From Candidatus Jordarchaeia archaeon (GTDB taxonomy: Archaea; Asgardarchaeota; Jordiarchaeia; Jordiarchaeales; Jordiarchaeaceae): a DNA stretch of 21,143 nucleotides. This document shows, piece after piece, positions 1 through 8,337 of this stretch. The notes below the pieces were generated by a model. That model was not told where the DNA came from, searched no databases, and saw only the letters and a list, made by a program, of their open reading frames with translations. The position numbers and the translations under genes were made by a program. Each line of letters starts with the position of its first letter. Positions within the stretch are counted from its first letter, which is position 1. The stretch covers positions 1 through 21,143 of the forward strand of contig JAHQXB010000138.1 of NCBI GenBank assembly GCA_029856435.1. The letters are read 5' to 3'.

Positions 1-1
1 T

Positions 2-403
2 TACGGCAACTGTAGAATATACGGTCCAATGTGTACCTGTCCCGAGATAGCTTTGGCGTCGGAGAAAACCATCATAACCTGTGAGAGATTCATAGACAAT
101 TATGAAATAAGAAAGTATCCCAACAGGACAAACATTCCATACTTTGCGGTTGACGTAATAGCAAATGTTCCCTTCGGAGCCTATCCCGGCAACTGTTATG
201 GTGTACACTATTTTGACATGACCCATATAAGACTCTTCAGAGGAGCCTGCGAAAAGTTCAGAGCCGAAGGAGACAAAAAGCCGTTGGAAGACTATTTTGA
301 CAAGTATATTTTTGGCGTGGAGGATTTCGATGGCTTTATGGATCTAATTCCTTGGAAGCAAGTGAGAGAAGCAATCGAAAATGAACCGGGCGTTTACCTG
401 TGA
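2..403 (+). CDS. Family I CoA-transferase subunit A (glutaconate CoA-transferase GctA-like), 5'-truncated by the window edge
   Basis: Frame is open from base 2 (YGNCRIYGPMCTCPEIALASEKTIITCERFI...VDVIANVPFGAYPGNCYGVHYFD). This matches the GctA-type C-terminal pattern (GN..I.G; A...I...E; V..VPFGAYP..C...Y..D), and the gene lies directly upstream of a B subunit. Confidence 0.85.
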   Translation, partial: YGNCRIYGPMCTCPEIALASEKTIITCERFIDNYEIRKYPNRTNIPYFAVDVIANVPFGAYPGNCYGVHYFDMTHIRLFRGACEKFRAEGDKKPLEDYFDKYIFGVEDFDGFMDLIPWKQVREAIENEPGVYL

Positions 404-408
404 GGTGA
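402..408 (+). promoter_or_regulatory. Shine-Dalgarno site GAGGTGA for the ATG at 415
   Basis: GAGGTGA overlaps the subunit A stop codon and ends 6 nt before ATG 415, supporting 415 as the true start of the B subunit. Confidence 0.7.
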
Positions 409-414
409 TATTAA

Positions 415-1268
415 ATGGTGAAAGTTATTGGGGTTGAATATGCTAGGCCCGGGACATATAGTCCCCTAGAAATGATTGCAGTAGCTGGAGCACACACACT
501 AGAGGATAGAAAAACGGTGTCTGTGGGGACCGGTTACTGGCTCGGACGTGGCTAGCCGGATTTCCCATCATTGCATCAACTCTAGCGCAGTTAACGCATG
601 CTCCTAACCTGATCCCGATTTTTGAGGCTGGCAGTATAGGACCAATATTGGAGGCGGGGCTTCCTCTCTCTGTTGGTGATTCTAGGGCTTCAAATAGACC
701 CTGTTTATTGGGTGGACTCTGCACCGCCTTTGAACTTGCACAGAGGGGTGCTGTGGATTACGGTTTTATTGGTGGAGCTCAAATAGACAAGTATGGCAAC
801 GTTAACTCTACAATGCTGGGAAACTTTCCTAATGACTATCAGCATCCCAAAGTTAGGTTCTCAGGAAGCGGCGGAGCGGGAGCCATGGCTTGCTGCTGCG
901 AAAAGACAATAATAATTATGGTGCACGAGCGGGGAAGGTTCGTAGAAAAACTTGATTATCTAACTAGTCCCGGATATCTAGATGGAAGTAGAGACGCAAG
1001 AGAAAAAGCAGGGTGGCCGGGTTCCGGCCCTGTTCTAGTGATGACCAATTTGGCGTTATTGGATTTTGACGAAAAAACTAGGAGAATGAGACTAAAATCG
1101 GTTCACCTAGGGGTAACCGTCGACCAAGTGGTAGATGCTACAGGCTTTGAGTTGGTACTACCCAAGAAAGTAGGAGAAACTGAGCCGCCTACTATAGAGG
1201 AGTTAAGACTGCTAAGAGAGAAGATAGATCCCCATGGCTACTTTTTAAAGAAAACACTAAAAGAATAG
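415..1268 (+). CDS. Family I CoA-transferase subunit B (GctB-like), split as join(415..535,562..1268), 275 aa after removal of a 26-nt insertion
   Basis: Frame 1 from ATG 415 gives MVKVIGVEYARPGTYSPLEMIAVAGAHTLEDRKTVSVGTG. Frame 3 from 564 gives PIIASTLAQLTHAPNLIPIFEAGSIGP...GFIGGAQIDKYGNVNST...RFSGSGGA...FVEKLDYLTSPG. Joining gives VGTGFPIIAS, the family N-terminal motif. The likely catalytic Glu (FEAG, codon 624-626) lies upstream of the ORF-track start at 648. Confidence 0.88.
536..561 (+). other. Candidate 26-nt archaeal bulge-helix-bulge (BHB) mRNA intron
   Basis: GGGA(526-529)-CCGG(530-533)-TTA bulge(534-536)-CTGGCT(537-542)-loop-GGCTAG(550-555)-CCGG(556-559)-ATT bulge(560-562)-TCCC(563-566). 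Cleavage after the second nt of each bulge removes exactly 26 nt and restores the reading frame. Confidence 0.85.
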
Positions 1269-1415
1269 AGGATCAGGGCAGCCCAAAACCATTACTGCAA
1301 CCCTTTTTTACCCTAAAAATATTTTTCACTTTTTGCTGTGTTGCACAATTAATGGTTTTGTATTTTTCGGCGTGTTTTTGATGGCTTAAGCCACCTAAAA
1401 ACTTTATTAAGGCAC

Positions 1416-1548
1416 TGCTGTGTTGCATAATTCTTTTTTTCATTTTATTCATTCCTTTTGTTGAATTTTTTGCAATTTTACATTGTTAATTTGAAAAATT
1501 TTAAAAAACAACCAATATTTTGAAAAATTAAAATCATTCAACAGAGCC
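1416..1548. mobile_element. Internal IS5/IS903-type ends (possible nested 133-bp non-autonomous element)
   Basis: Second copy of the left IR (TGCTGTGTTGCATAATT, 1416-1432, one mismatch) and an oppositely oriented end at 1531-1548 (reverse complement GGCTCTGTTGAATGATTT, resembling the IS903 IR GGCTTTGTTGAATAAATC). No clean target duplication. Confidence 0.5.
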
Positions 1549-1549
1549 A

Positions 1550-2513
1550 TATAAGGGGAAGGTTGGCGCCTCCTACTACTACCCGGAGTCCCTAATAATC
1601 TTTCTGGGCTTCGCCTACATAATGCTCAAGGATCAGCTACAGGGAGCTTGAAGGCTTCCCGCGGAAGCTTAAAGAATACATACCCAAAATCCACGCCACC
1701 CCAGACTACTCGCAAATCTGGAGGAGTGAGAAGAACACTGCTGGACATAGAGGGCACCCTGCTTGAGCCACAAGGATGAGGAGGCTGGTCGTCTCACTGG
1801 ACTCCTCAGGGGTAAAGGTCTCAAACCGCGGGGAGTGGATGAGAGAAAAATGGAAGGTGAGGAGAGGCGGGATAAAGGTCCACATAGCTGTGGATGAGAA
1901 GGGGAAGCAGGTCGCAGCCCTAGAGGTAACAGACGAAAAGGTCAGCGACTTCCAGAAGTTCAAAACCCCCGTAGAGCAGGCGGCGAGAAACATAAAGAGC
2001 AAGGGAGGAAAATTAAAACAGATGAACGGCGACGGCGGCCAGCGACACTAGGGAAAACTTCAACATGCTAGATAAAATGGGGGTGACGCCCGGAATAAAA
2101 GTGCGCAAGAACCCCCCCCGCACCAGAGCCAGGGGGAGCCCCCTAAGAAGGAGGCATGTCAAGGAGTACAAGAAGTTAGGCTATAAGAGGTGGAGGGACA
2201 GGTACCGCTACGGCTACTGCTGGCGTGCTTTAGGAGAACCTCCCAAGCTGTGAAAAAGCGCGCCGGGGAGTATGTTCAGGCGGCTAAGACGGAGAACATG
2301 TGTTGGGAGGTCAAAATGAAGTCCCTCTTCTACAACTCCATCCTGAAGTTCGATGCTACAGGTGAACTACCCTGGGTAACCAGTGATGCAGATTCACTTG
2401 ATTCCGCCCCCCTAATAAAGCCCCAAATCATGAAAGAAGTCTTATAAACACCCCTTTTTGAGGCGAAATCGAATGATTCTACATCACACTGGGTAACCAT
2501 CAGTCAAGAATAA
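1550..2513 (+). pseudogene. IS5-family (IS903-like) DDE transposase pseudogene with multiple frameshifts
   Basis: Fragments in different frames: YKGKVGASYYYPESLIIFLG, SYRELEGF...PDYSQIWR, LDSSGVKVSNRGEWMREKW..GGIKVHIAVD, NGDGG / DTRENFNMLDKMG, YKKLGYKRWRDRYRYG, EYVQAAKTENMCWEVKMK. The start is missing and the 3' end is interrupted by a MITE; removing it gives ...ELPWVTISQE-stop at 2511-2513. Confidence 0.85.
2382..2488. mobile_element. MITE copy 1 (IS1-like GTGATG termini) inserted in the transposase 3' end
   Basis: Core 2383-2487 with ~26-bp imperfect TIRs (GTGATGCAGA...TCTACATCAC), flanked by direct repeat CTGGGTAACC(A) at 2372 and 2489. Colinear with copy 2 (17 mismatches in 105 nt by manual alignment). 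Confidence 0.8.
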
Positions 2514-2646
2514 ATACGTGAAACACAAAAATTAGCCTAAACCACAAAATTCACAGAATTGTGCAACACAGCATCACTTTTTGGTTTAAAAAGAAGCTTG
2601 CACAGGCTTTTTAAACTGAAGGGGATAATTTAAAACCCGAATACTA

Positions 2647-2661
2647 CCACAAGTTATAAAT
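2647..2661 (+). promoter_or_regulatory. Putative BRE/TATA promoter of thrS
   Basis: CCACAAG-TTATAAAT about 65 nt upstream of ATG 2724. Confidence 0.45.
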
Positions 2662-2723
2662 ATATTTATTTTATACTCAGAGAATCACTCCAAAGAACAA
2701 TTTTTCAATGGGATGCAATTAGA

Positions 2724-4595
2724 ATGAGGATTCTACTTATACACTCTGATGAGTTTTCTTACCGGGTAACCCAGAAAACGCCCATTGCTGAGAAGTTAGA
2801 GGACGAATCAGTTAAGCAGGGAGCTTCAGAGGACTGCTTGGTGGTCTTTTCAGCGGTTGAGAAGGGCGATGAACTTAACAAGACCTACGTTATCAACCAG
2901 ACTGTTGAAGAAATAAAGAAGGTAGCAGACCAAGTGGGAGCCAAAAAAATAGTGGTTTATCCCTACGCCCACCTATCACACAATCTTTCAGATCCCAAAA
3001 CAGCCATAGAGATTCTTAAGGGAGTTGCCAGTAAGTTGGGAGAACAGTACTCAGTTATGCGCTCCCCATTCGGTTTCTACAAGGCCTTTAAGCTGAGCTG
3101 TAAAGGACATCCTATGTCCGAACTCTCCCGCGAGATCCACCCCCTAGAAAGAGAGGTCGAAGAAAAGGAGGTACCAAAGGAGGCGCCCCGAAAAATCGCC
3201 AAGAGGTTTCTGGTGCTCACCCCCAACGGTGAGGAAATAGAGCCCGGAGAATTTGTGAAAAACTGTGAGGACGACGATTTCAAGATCCTTGTGGAAAAAG
3301 AGGCGCTGGGTAAGGAGAGCCCGGGTTCAGGTGAGGAACCAGAATTCATAAGCATAGTCAAGAAGTATAATATAAACTGGGAGAGCTTCTCTGATAGAGG
3401 ACATATGAAGTTTGGGCCTGAAGGCAACCTACTATTTGAACTCATAGCGGACTATGCAGAGAGAATAGTCAGGGGCTTCGGTATCCCCGTTTACTCTGTG
3501 AGGGGGACAAACATGTTTGATTTGGAAATGAAGCCAGTGAGAGAACATGCGGAACTCTACGGCGACCGCCTATACCAGTTGGAAGTGGAAGATAAAAAAT
3601 TGGTTATGCGATACGCTGCATGTCACCAGCAATTCTCCATGATTAAGGACTGGACAATCAGTTACCGCAACCTTCCCTTTGGAGCCTTCGAAGTGGCGGA
3701 CAGTTACCGCATGGAGCAGAGCGGAGAACTATTGCTCTGTTTCAGAACCCGAAAAATGCACATGCCTGACTTCCACGTAATATGTCGAGACGAGAATGAA
3801 GCCCTAGAATGGTTTTACAAATTACACGAAAAAATCTACGAAGCCATGGAGGAGTTGGGACGAAACTATGAACTGCTCATAAACCTCACCTCAGAAGAAT
3901 TCTACGAGAGAAACAAGGATTTCCTGCTCAAACTCGCCAAAACCCGCAAAAAGAACCTGCTCCTATGCTTCTATCCTCCAGGAATAAACTACTACTGGTC
4001 AATAAATAATGAGTACCACATAACCGACGACCTAAACAGGCCCAGAGAGATTGGAACTGTTCAGATAGATTTTGGAAACAGTAAAAGGTTCGGAATAAAA
4101 TACACTGATGCTGATGGAAGCGAAAGGTTCCCCTTCATACTGCACACCGCCGTTATCGGCACCATTGAGAGATACCTATTTGCTCTCTTCGACACCGCGG
4201 TAAAAATGAAGAAGGAAGGTAAACCCCCCATGCTGCCAGTATGGGTCTCCCCCATACAGCTGCGGATAGTTCCCGTCGCTGAGAGGCACCTGAAATTCGC
4301 TGAAGAACTGGCAAGCAAAATCAGAGGAGTACGGGTGGACATTGATGATAGAAGCGAAACAGTGGCAAGGAGAATAAAGCAGGCTGAGGAGGAGTGGATA
4401 CCCTACATAGTAGTAGTGGGAGACAAAGAAGTGGAGGGAGAAAAACTCACAGTTCGAATCCGAGAAATCAGAGAAGAAGTCCAAATGACCCTCGAAGAGC
4501 TTGAGAAGGAAATTCAAAAAAAGATTGGCGGCAAACCCTTCAAACCCCTAACTCTGCCAATCCACGTTTCAAAAAGGCCGATATTTAATGTTTAG
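2724..4595 (+). CDS. thrS: Threonyl-tRNA synthetase, archaeal type with N-terminal editing domain
   Basis: MRILLIHSD...VVYPYAHLS...RSPFGFYKAFKLSCKGHPMSELSR archaeal editing domain; RYAACHQQF, SYRMEQSGE, HMPDFH and HTAVIGTIER catalytic/Zn motifs; C-terminal anticodon-binding domain (P.QLRIVPV...RVDIDDRSETVARRIKQAE). Confidence 0.97.
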   Translation: MRILLIHSDEFSYRVTQKTPIAEKLEDESVKQGASEDCLVVFSAVEKGDELNKTYVINQTVEEIKKVADQVGAKKIVVYPYAHLSHNLSDPKTAIEILKGVASKLGEQYSVMRSPFGFYKAFKLSCKGHPMSELSREIHPLEREVEEKEVPKEAPRKIAKRFLVLTPNGEEIEPGEFVKNCEDDDFKILVEKEALGKESPGSGEEPEFISIVKKYNINWESFSDRGHMKFGPEGNLLFELIADYAERIVRGFGIPVYSVRGTNMFDLEMKPVREHAELYGDRLYQLEVEDKKLVMRYAACHQQFSMIKDWTISYRNLPFGAFEVADSYRMEQSGELLLCFRTRKMHMPDFHVICRDENEALEWFYKLHEKIYEAMEELGRNYELLINLTSEEFYERNKDFLLKLAKTRKKNLLLCFYPPGINYYWSINNEYHITDDLNRPREIGTVQIDFGNSKRFGIKYTDADGSERFPFILHTAVIGTIERYLFALFDTAVKMKKEGKPPMLPVWVSPIQLRIVPVAERHLKFAEELASKIRGVRVDIDDRSETVARRIKQAEEEWIPYIVVVGDKEVEGEKLTVRIREIREEVQMTLEELEKEIQKKIGGKPFKPLTLPIHVSKRPIFNV

Positions 4596-4827
4596 AATTT
4601 CCCCGCGCCAGAGTCGAGGAACTCCCAAATAATTAAAAAAACTTTCATGAGCTATTTACACTGAACCACGCTTCAAATCTGCGGGTCCCAAATTGGACGA
4701 AAAGTCTACCCCTTCGAACCGTTTCTCCATTTTTGTCCAATTCTTTAAGATCCGCTTCTCCCTATTCAAAATGAGATAGAAATTGGAGAGTAGAGTTTTG
4801 TTGTAAAAGAAAAAATTGTGGGTTGGG

Positions 4828-5226
4828 CTACTCTGTGGTCCGTCCGTCAAAATGCTCCTTACTATCCATGGCGTCTTTTTTGGTGCGGTGTATTACACCA
4901 TCCTGGTGTTCGGGTGGCGAGTAAATCGTGTAAAGTTTGAGATTAGCGCTTTTGGAGGTATTTATCACGTTGTGTCTTGCGCCCGCTGGAACTATGACAG
5001 CGCTTCCATCCTTCACGCGGTGTTCTATACCGTCAATTATCACTTTTCCTTCCCCTTCCTCGAATCGGAAGAATTGATCCACATCGTCGTGTGTTTCTTC
5101 ACCTATTTCTTCGCCAGGTTTAAGGCTCATAAGCACCAGTTGACTGTGCTTCCCAGTGTAGAGTACGTGTCGAAAATTGGTATTTTTCTTGGTTTCTTTC
5201 TCGATGGATACTACAAATCCCTTCAA
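4828..5226 (-). CDS. Cupin-domain protein; probable start TTG at 5226 (ORF track starts at 5241)
   Basis: FRHVLYTGKHSQLVLMSLKPGEEIGEETH..VDQFFRFEEGEG...VIVPAGARHNVIN cupin motifs; GGAGG lies 8 nt before the TTG. Confidence 0.9.
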   Translation of the reverse strand: MKGFVVSIEKETKKNTNFRHVLYTGKHSQLVLMSLKPGEEIGEETHDDVDQFFRFEEGEGKVIIDGIEHRVKDGSAVIVPAGARHNVINTSKSANLKLYTIYSPPEHQDGVIHRTKKDAMDSKEHFDGRTTE

Positions 5227-5503
5227 ATTCGTCGCCTCCACTAAATAGAAAGCTTATTTCCTTATCAAGATTTCTTTATAATAAACATGCTTATTGGTCT
5301 TGCTGTTTGCCGCTGGCCTCTTTTGGTAAAGAAGCTACTATAACGGTTAAAATTTTACAAATATTTTTCAAATTTTGGAGCTTACTGTTTTTGTGTGGTA
5401 CGTGTTCTCTTTGGTTATGTTGCCTTTTTGGTATTTTATTTTCTTTTATGAGTTTGTTTTTTGCTATGCTACCTATTTGAAAATTTATAGCATGAATATT
5501 GGT

Positions 5504-5610
5504 GGTGATGCAGATTTATTCGGTTCCATCTCCCTAGTAAGGCTCCAAATCGTGAAAGAATCCCTATAAACACCCCTTTTTGAGGCGAAACCGAACAATT
5601 CTACATCACC
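5504..5610. mobile_element. MITE copy 2 (IS1-like termini)
   Basis: GGTGATGCAGA...TCTACATCACC termini with 9-bp target duplication AATATTGGT (5495-5503, 5611-5619); homologous to 2383-2487. Confidence 0.82.
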
Positions 5611-5690
5611 AATATTGGTTTTGGAAAAGTATAATAGCTCGGCTGTAAACTTTGTAAAGTTAATTTTCAAAAGGATAGGAAGGACACGGT

Positions 5691-6935
5691 GTGGGTTCTT
5701 TGGGGCTAAAAGCGCTTTCCAACACTTCAGCGCGAGAAATCTTGGGAATTGCGTGTTTAAGTCTCTTTGTGGATTCTGTTGGTTATGGTGTAGTGGTTCC
5801 AATTCTTCCTACGTATGTCTTGTCTCTGGGGGCCTCAGATTACGACTTGGCACTCATTTTTTCCTCATTTGCCATGGTGCAGCTCTTCACTACCATACCC
5901 TTTGGTTTGTTTTCGGACAAGTATGGAAGAAAATTGTTCATGGTTACGGGAATGCTTCTTCTTGGTGCTTCTTTTATGTATTTTCCCTTCGCTCATAGTG
6001 TTCTTACACTTATTGCTTGTAGGGTGGTGCAGGGCTTGGCTGCTTCTGCTACTTGGTCTTCTGCCTTGGCTCTGGTTGCTGATGCGTATCCTGGTGGTGA
6101 TAAGGGTGAAAAGTTGGGTATTGCAAATGGGGCTGTGGGTTTGGGTAACATTGCTGGTCCATTGGTGGGGGGCGTTTTGGGCGATATTAATTTTGGTTTG
6201 CCCTTTTTGGTTATAGGTTCTGTTGCTTTTTTCGCCTGTTTCTATATACTTCTGAGATTGGAGTTGGAAAGAGGTGAAGCTGTGAAGGCTCCTGTAGGTT
6301 TTCGTGAAATGTTGCGGGGAGCTATCCGAGTCAGGAATGTTTTGTTGGTAGTTTTCATCAACCTTTTGATAGCTGTGTTTTTCGGCTTCATTGAGCCACT
6401 TTTGCCGCCTTACCTGAGTGGGAGGTTTAACCTCTCTGGTACCCAGATTGGTTTATTTTTTGGGGGCGCCTTCCTAACCTATGTTGTTTCACAGCCTTTT
6501 GTTGGAAGATTGTCGGACAGGTATGGGAGAAAGATATTCATTGTATGCGGGTTGATTGCTCTTAGCATCACGAATGTTGTGATTCCCTATCTTTCTGATG
6601 TGTTAACTCTTTTTGCACTGCTTGTTGTTATGGGGGTTTTTTGGAGTTTAGCGTATACGCCGCTTATGCCTCTTGCTGTGGATTCTTTGAGGAGCAAAAA
6701 TAGGGAAACTTTTGGGACAATGTCGGGTTTCTTCAATATTGCTTGGAACTCGGGCTACAGCATAGGTCCAATAATAGGGGCGCTGGTAACCTCCTATTTT
6801 GGTTTTGAATCGATATTCTGGTTTTTCAGCGGATTGCTGGTAGTAATGATAATTTTTGCCCAAACCTTGATAGCTGAGAAGAGAGTGTCTGTCTCGAAAA
6901 CGTCTATTAAAAATTTTATGAATAATAACAAATAA
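5691..6935 (+). CDS. MFS transporter (DHA1/TetA-like), paralogue 1
   Basis: About 12 hydrophobic segments; motif A GLFSDKYGRK and second-half GRLSDRYGRK. Confidence 0.93.
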   Translation: MGSLGLKALSNTSAREILGIACLSLFVDSVGYGVVVPILPTYVLSLGASDYDLALIFSSFAMVQLFTTIPFGLFSDKYGRKLFMVTGMLLLGASFMYFPFAHSVLTLIACRVVQGLAASATWSSALALVADAYPGGDKGEKLGIANGAVGLGNIAGPLVGGVLGDINFGLPFLVIGSVAFFACFYILLRLELERGEAVKAPVGFREMLRGAIRVRNVLLVVFINLLIAVFFGFIEPLLPPYLSGRFNLSGTQIGLFFGGAFLTYVVSQPFVGRLSDRYGRKIFIVCGLIALSITNVVIPYLSDVLTLFALLVVMGVFWSLAYTPLMPLAVDSLRSKNRETFGTMSGFFNIAWNSGYSIGPIIGALVTSYFGFESIFWFFSGLLVVMIIFAQTLIAEKRVSVSKTSIKNFMNNNK

Positions 6936-7056
6936 ATTTAAATAAATAGCCAAAAATTTCTTATTTTTTTAGGCTGAAAAATCGGTTAGCCTTAAAAGCA
7001 CTCCAGCCACTTTCTTTCTGGAGAAGACCAAAAAGCCGAGAAGGGGGCGTTAAAAT

Positions 7057-8337
7057 ATGCAGAGACTTTTTAAGAAGATGCCCCGCTCAACGGAAATACT
7101 AATAATGGTTTGTACCAGTGCATTTGTGGACTCGTTGGGATACGGTATAATAATTCCGTTCCTCCCACAGTACGCCATGTCCCTTGGCGCGTCTGACCTA
7201 GATGTGGGCATCATTTTCGCCACCTACGCACTGGTACAGTTAGTGACCACCATACCCTTCGGCTTGCTATCTGATCGTTATGGTAGAAGGCCTTTCATGA
7301 TTTCGGGAATGCTCCTTCTCGGTGTAGCTTCATTATTATTCCCCCTAGCCCAAACCGTGCACTTAATGATAGTATGTAGAGCAATACAGGGTTTGGCGGC
7401 TGCGGCGACCTGGTCTTCAGCCGTAGCATTAGTGGCAGACACATTTCCGGGAAATGATAAGGGAACAAAACTGGGAATAACGGCGGGAGTAACCAATATG
7501 GGAGGCATCGCAGGACCCTTATTAGGAGGAGCCCTATCCGACGTGAATTTCAACATACCATTTCTATTAATCGCCGCTCTCTCAATATTTATGTTCGCTT
7601 ACATGTTCTTCCGACTAAAACTCCCTCCCAGAGAAAATAAGGTGGGAGAAACTTCGTACATAAAGATGATAAGAGGTGCCCTAAGAATCAGAAACGTTGT
7701 TATAATCATACTCATTAATGCATTGACAATGATTTTCTGGGGCTTCGTAGAACCCTTAATGCCTCCGTACCTCTCTGGTAGATTTTCGCTGTCAAGTACC
7801 CAGATTGGCGTCATTTTTGGGGCCATGTCCCTCATCTATGCCTCAATTCAACCATTAGTGGGCAGACTCACTGACAAGTATGGACAGAAAAGATTCATAA
7901 TAGCGGGAATGGTCCTCCAGGCATCCATAGGTTTAATCATACCCCTATGCAGTGATCTGATAAGCTTAACCGTTTGCTTGGTGCTAATCGCCGCGGTGGG
8001 TGCCATAGCTTGGACACCACTAACACCCCTATATGTAGAATCTCTCCAAGACGGAAACATGGAAGCCTACGCAACAGTTGGTTCACTCTTTGGCACCGCA
8101 TACTACATAGGGTACATTATTGGGCCGGTAATTGGAACTCTGATAAGTTCCCATTTTGGATTTGGAGCAGTCTTCATCTTCAACAGCATAATACTATTAG
8201 CCCTAGTTCTCTTATCAGGATTGTATATTAAAGACGGAAAAAGGGCAGAGGAAAAAACGCAAGCAATGGAGGTTGAAACTTTCCAGACTAAGAAGCATGA
8301 ACCGCAAAAACCTCAGGAGTCAACAATAAGAGTTTAG
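7057..8337 (+). CDS. MFS transporter, paralogue 2
   Basis: GLLSDRYGRR and GRLTDKYGQK motifs; colinear with paralogues 1 and 3 (FVDSLGYG, EPLMPPYLSGRFSLS). Confidence 0.93.
   Translation: MQRLFKKMPRSTEILIMVCTSAFVDSLGYGIIIPFLPQYAMSLGASDLDVGIIFATYALVQLVTTIPFGLLSDRYGRRPFMISGMLLLGVASLLFPLAQTVHLMIVCRAIQGLAAAATWSSAVALVADTFPGNDKGTKLGITAGVTNMGGIAGPLLGGALSDVNFNIPFLLIAALSIFMFAYMFFRLKLPPRENKVGETSYIKMIRGALRIRNVVIIILINALTMIFWGFVEPLMPPYLSGRFSLSSTQIGVIFGAMSLIYASIQPLVGRLTDKYGQKRFIIAGMVLQASIGLIIPLCSDLISLTVCLVLIAAVGAIAWTPLTPLYVESLQDGNMEAYATVGSLFGTAYYIGYIIGPVIGTLISSHFGFGAVFIFNSIILLALVLLSGLYIKDGKRAEEKTQAMEVETFQTKKHEPQKPQESTIRV

Larger units (their letters stand above)
1334..2573 (+). mobile_element. Decayed IS5-family insertion sequence (IS903/ISH1-like), 1240 bp
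   Basis: Perfect 17-bp terminal inverted repeats TGCTGTGTTGCACAATT (1334-1350) and AATTGTGCAACACAGCA (2557-2573). 8-bp direct repeat TCACTTTT at 1326-1333 and 2574-2581. Internal DDE transposase fragments. Confidence 0.88.

Noticed and set aside
523-566. Programmed ribosomal frameshift or simple indel as explanation of the CoA-transferase break
   Set aside because: Either would leave about 8 extra residues inside the GTG-FP motif, there is no slippery heptamer, and the 26-nt excess matches BHB cut sites exactly.
648-1268. ORF-track 206-aa protein starting at TTG 648
   Set aside because: No RBS, and it lacks the N-terminal motif and catalytic Glu. It is exon 2 of the gene starting at 415.
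4816-5244. 142-aa + strand ORF and the other antisense ORFs inside thrS, MFS, thiolase, purN, synthetase, FAD and Fe-S genes
   Set aside because: Shadow ORFs of well-supported genes on the opposite strand or in another frame, with no motifs.
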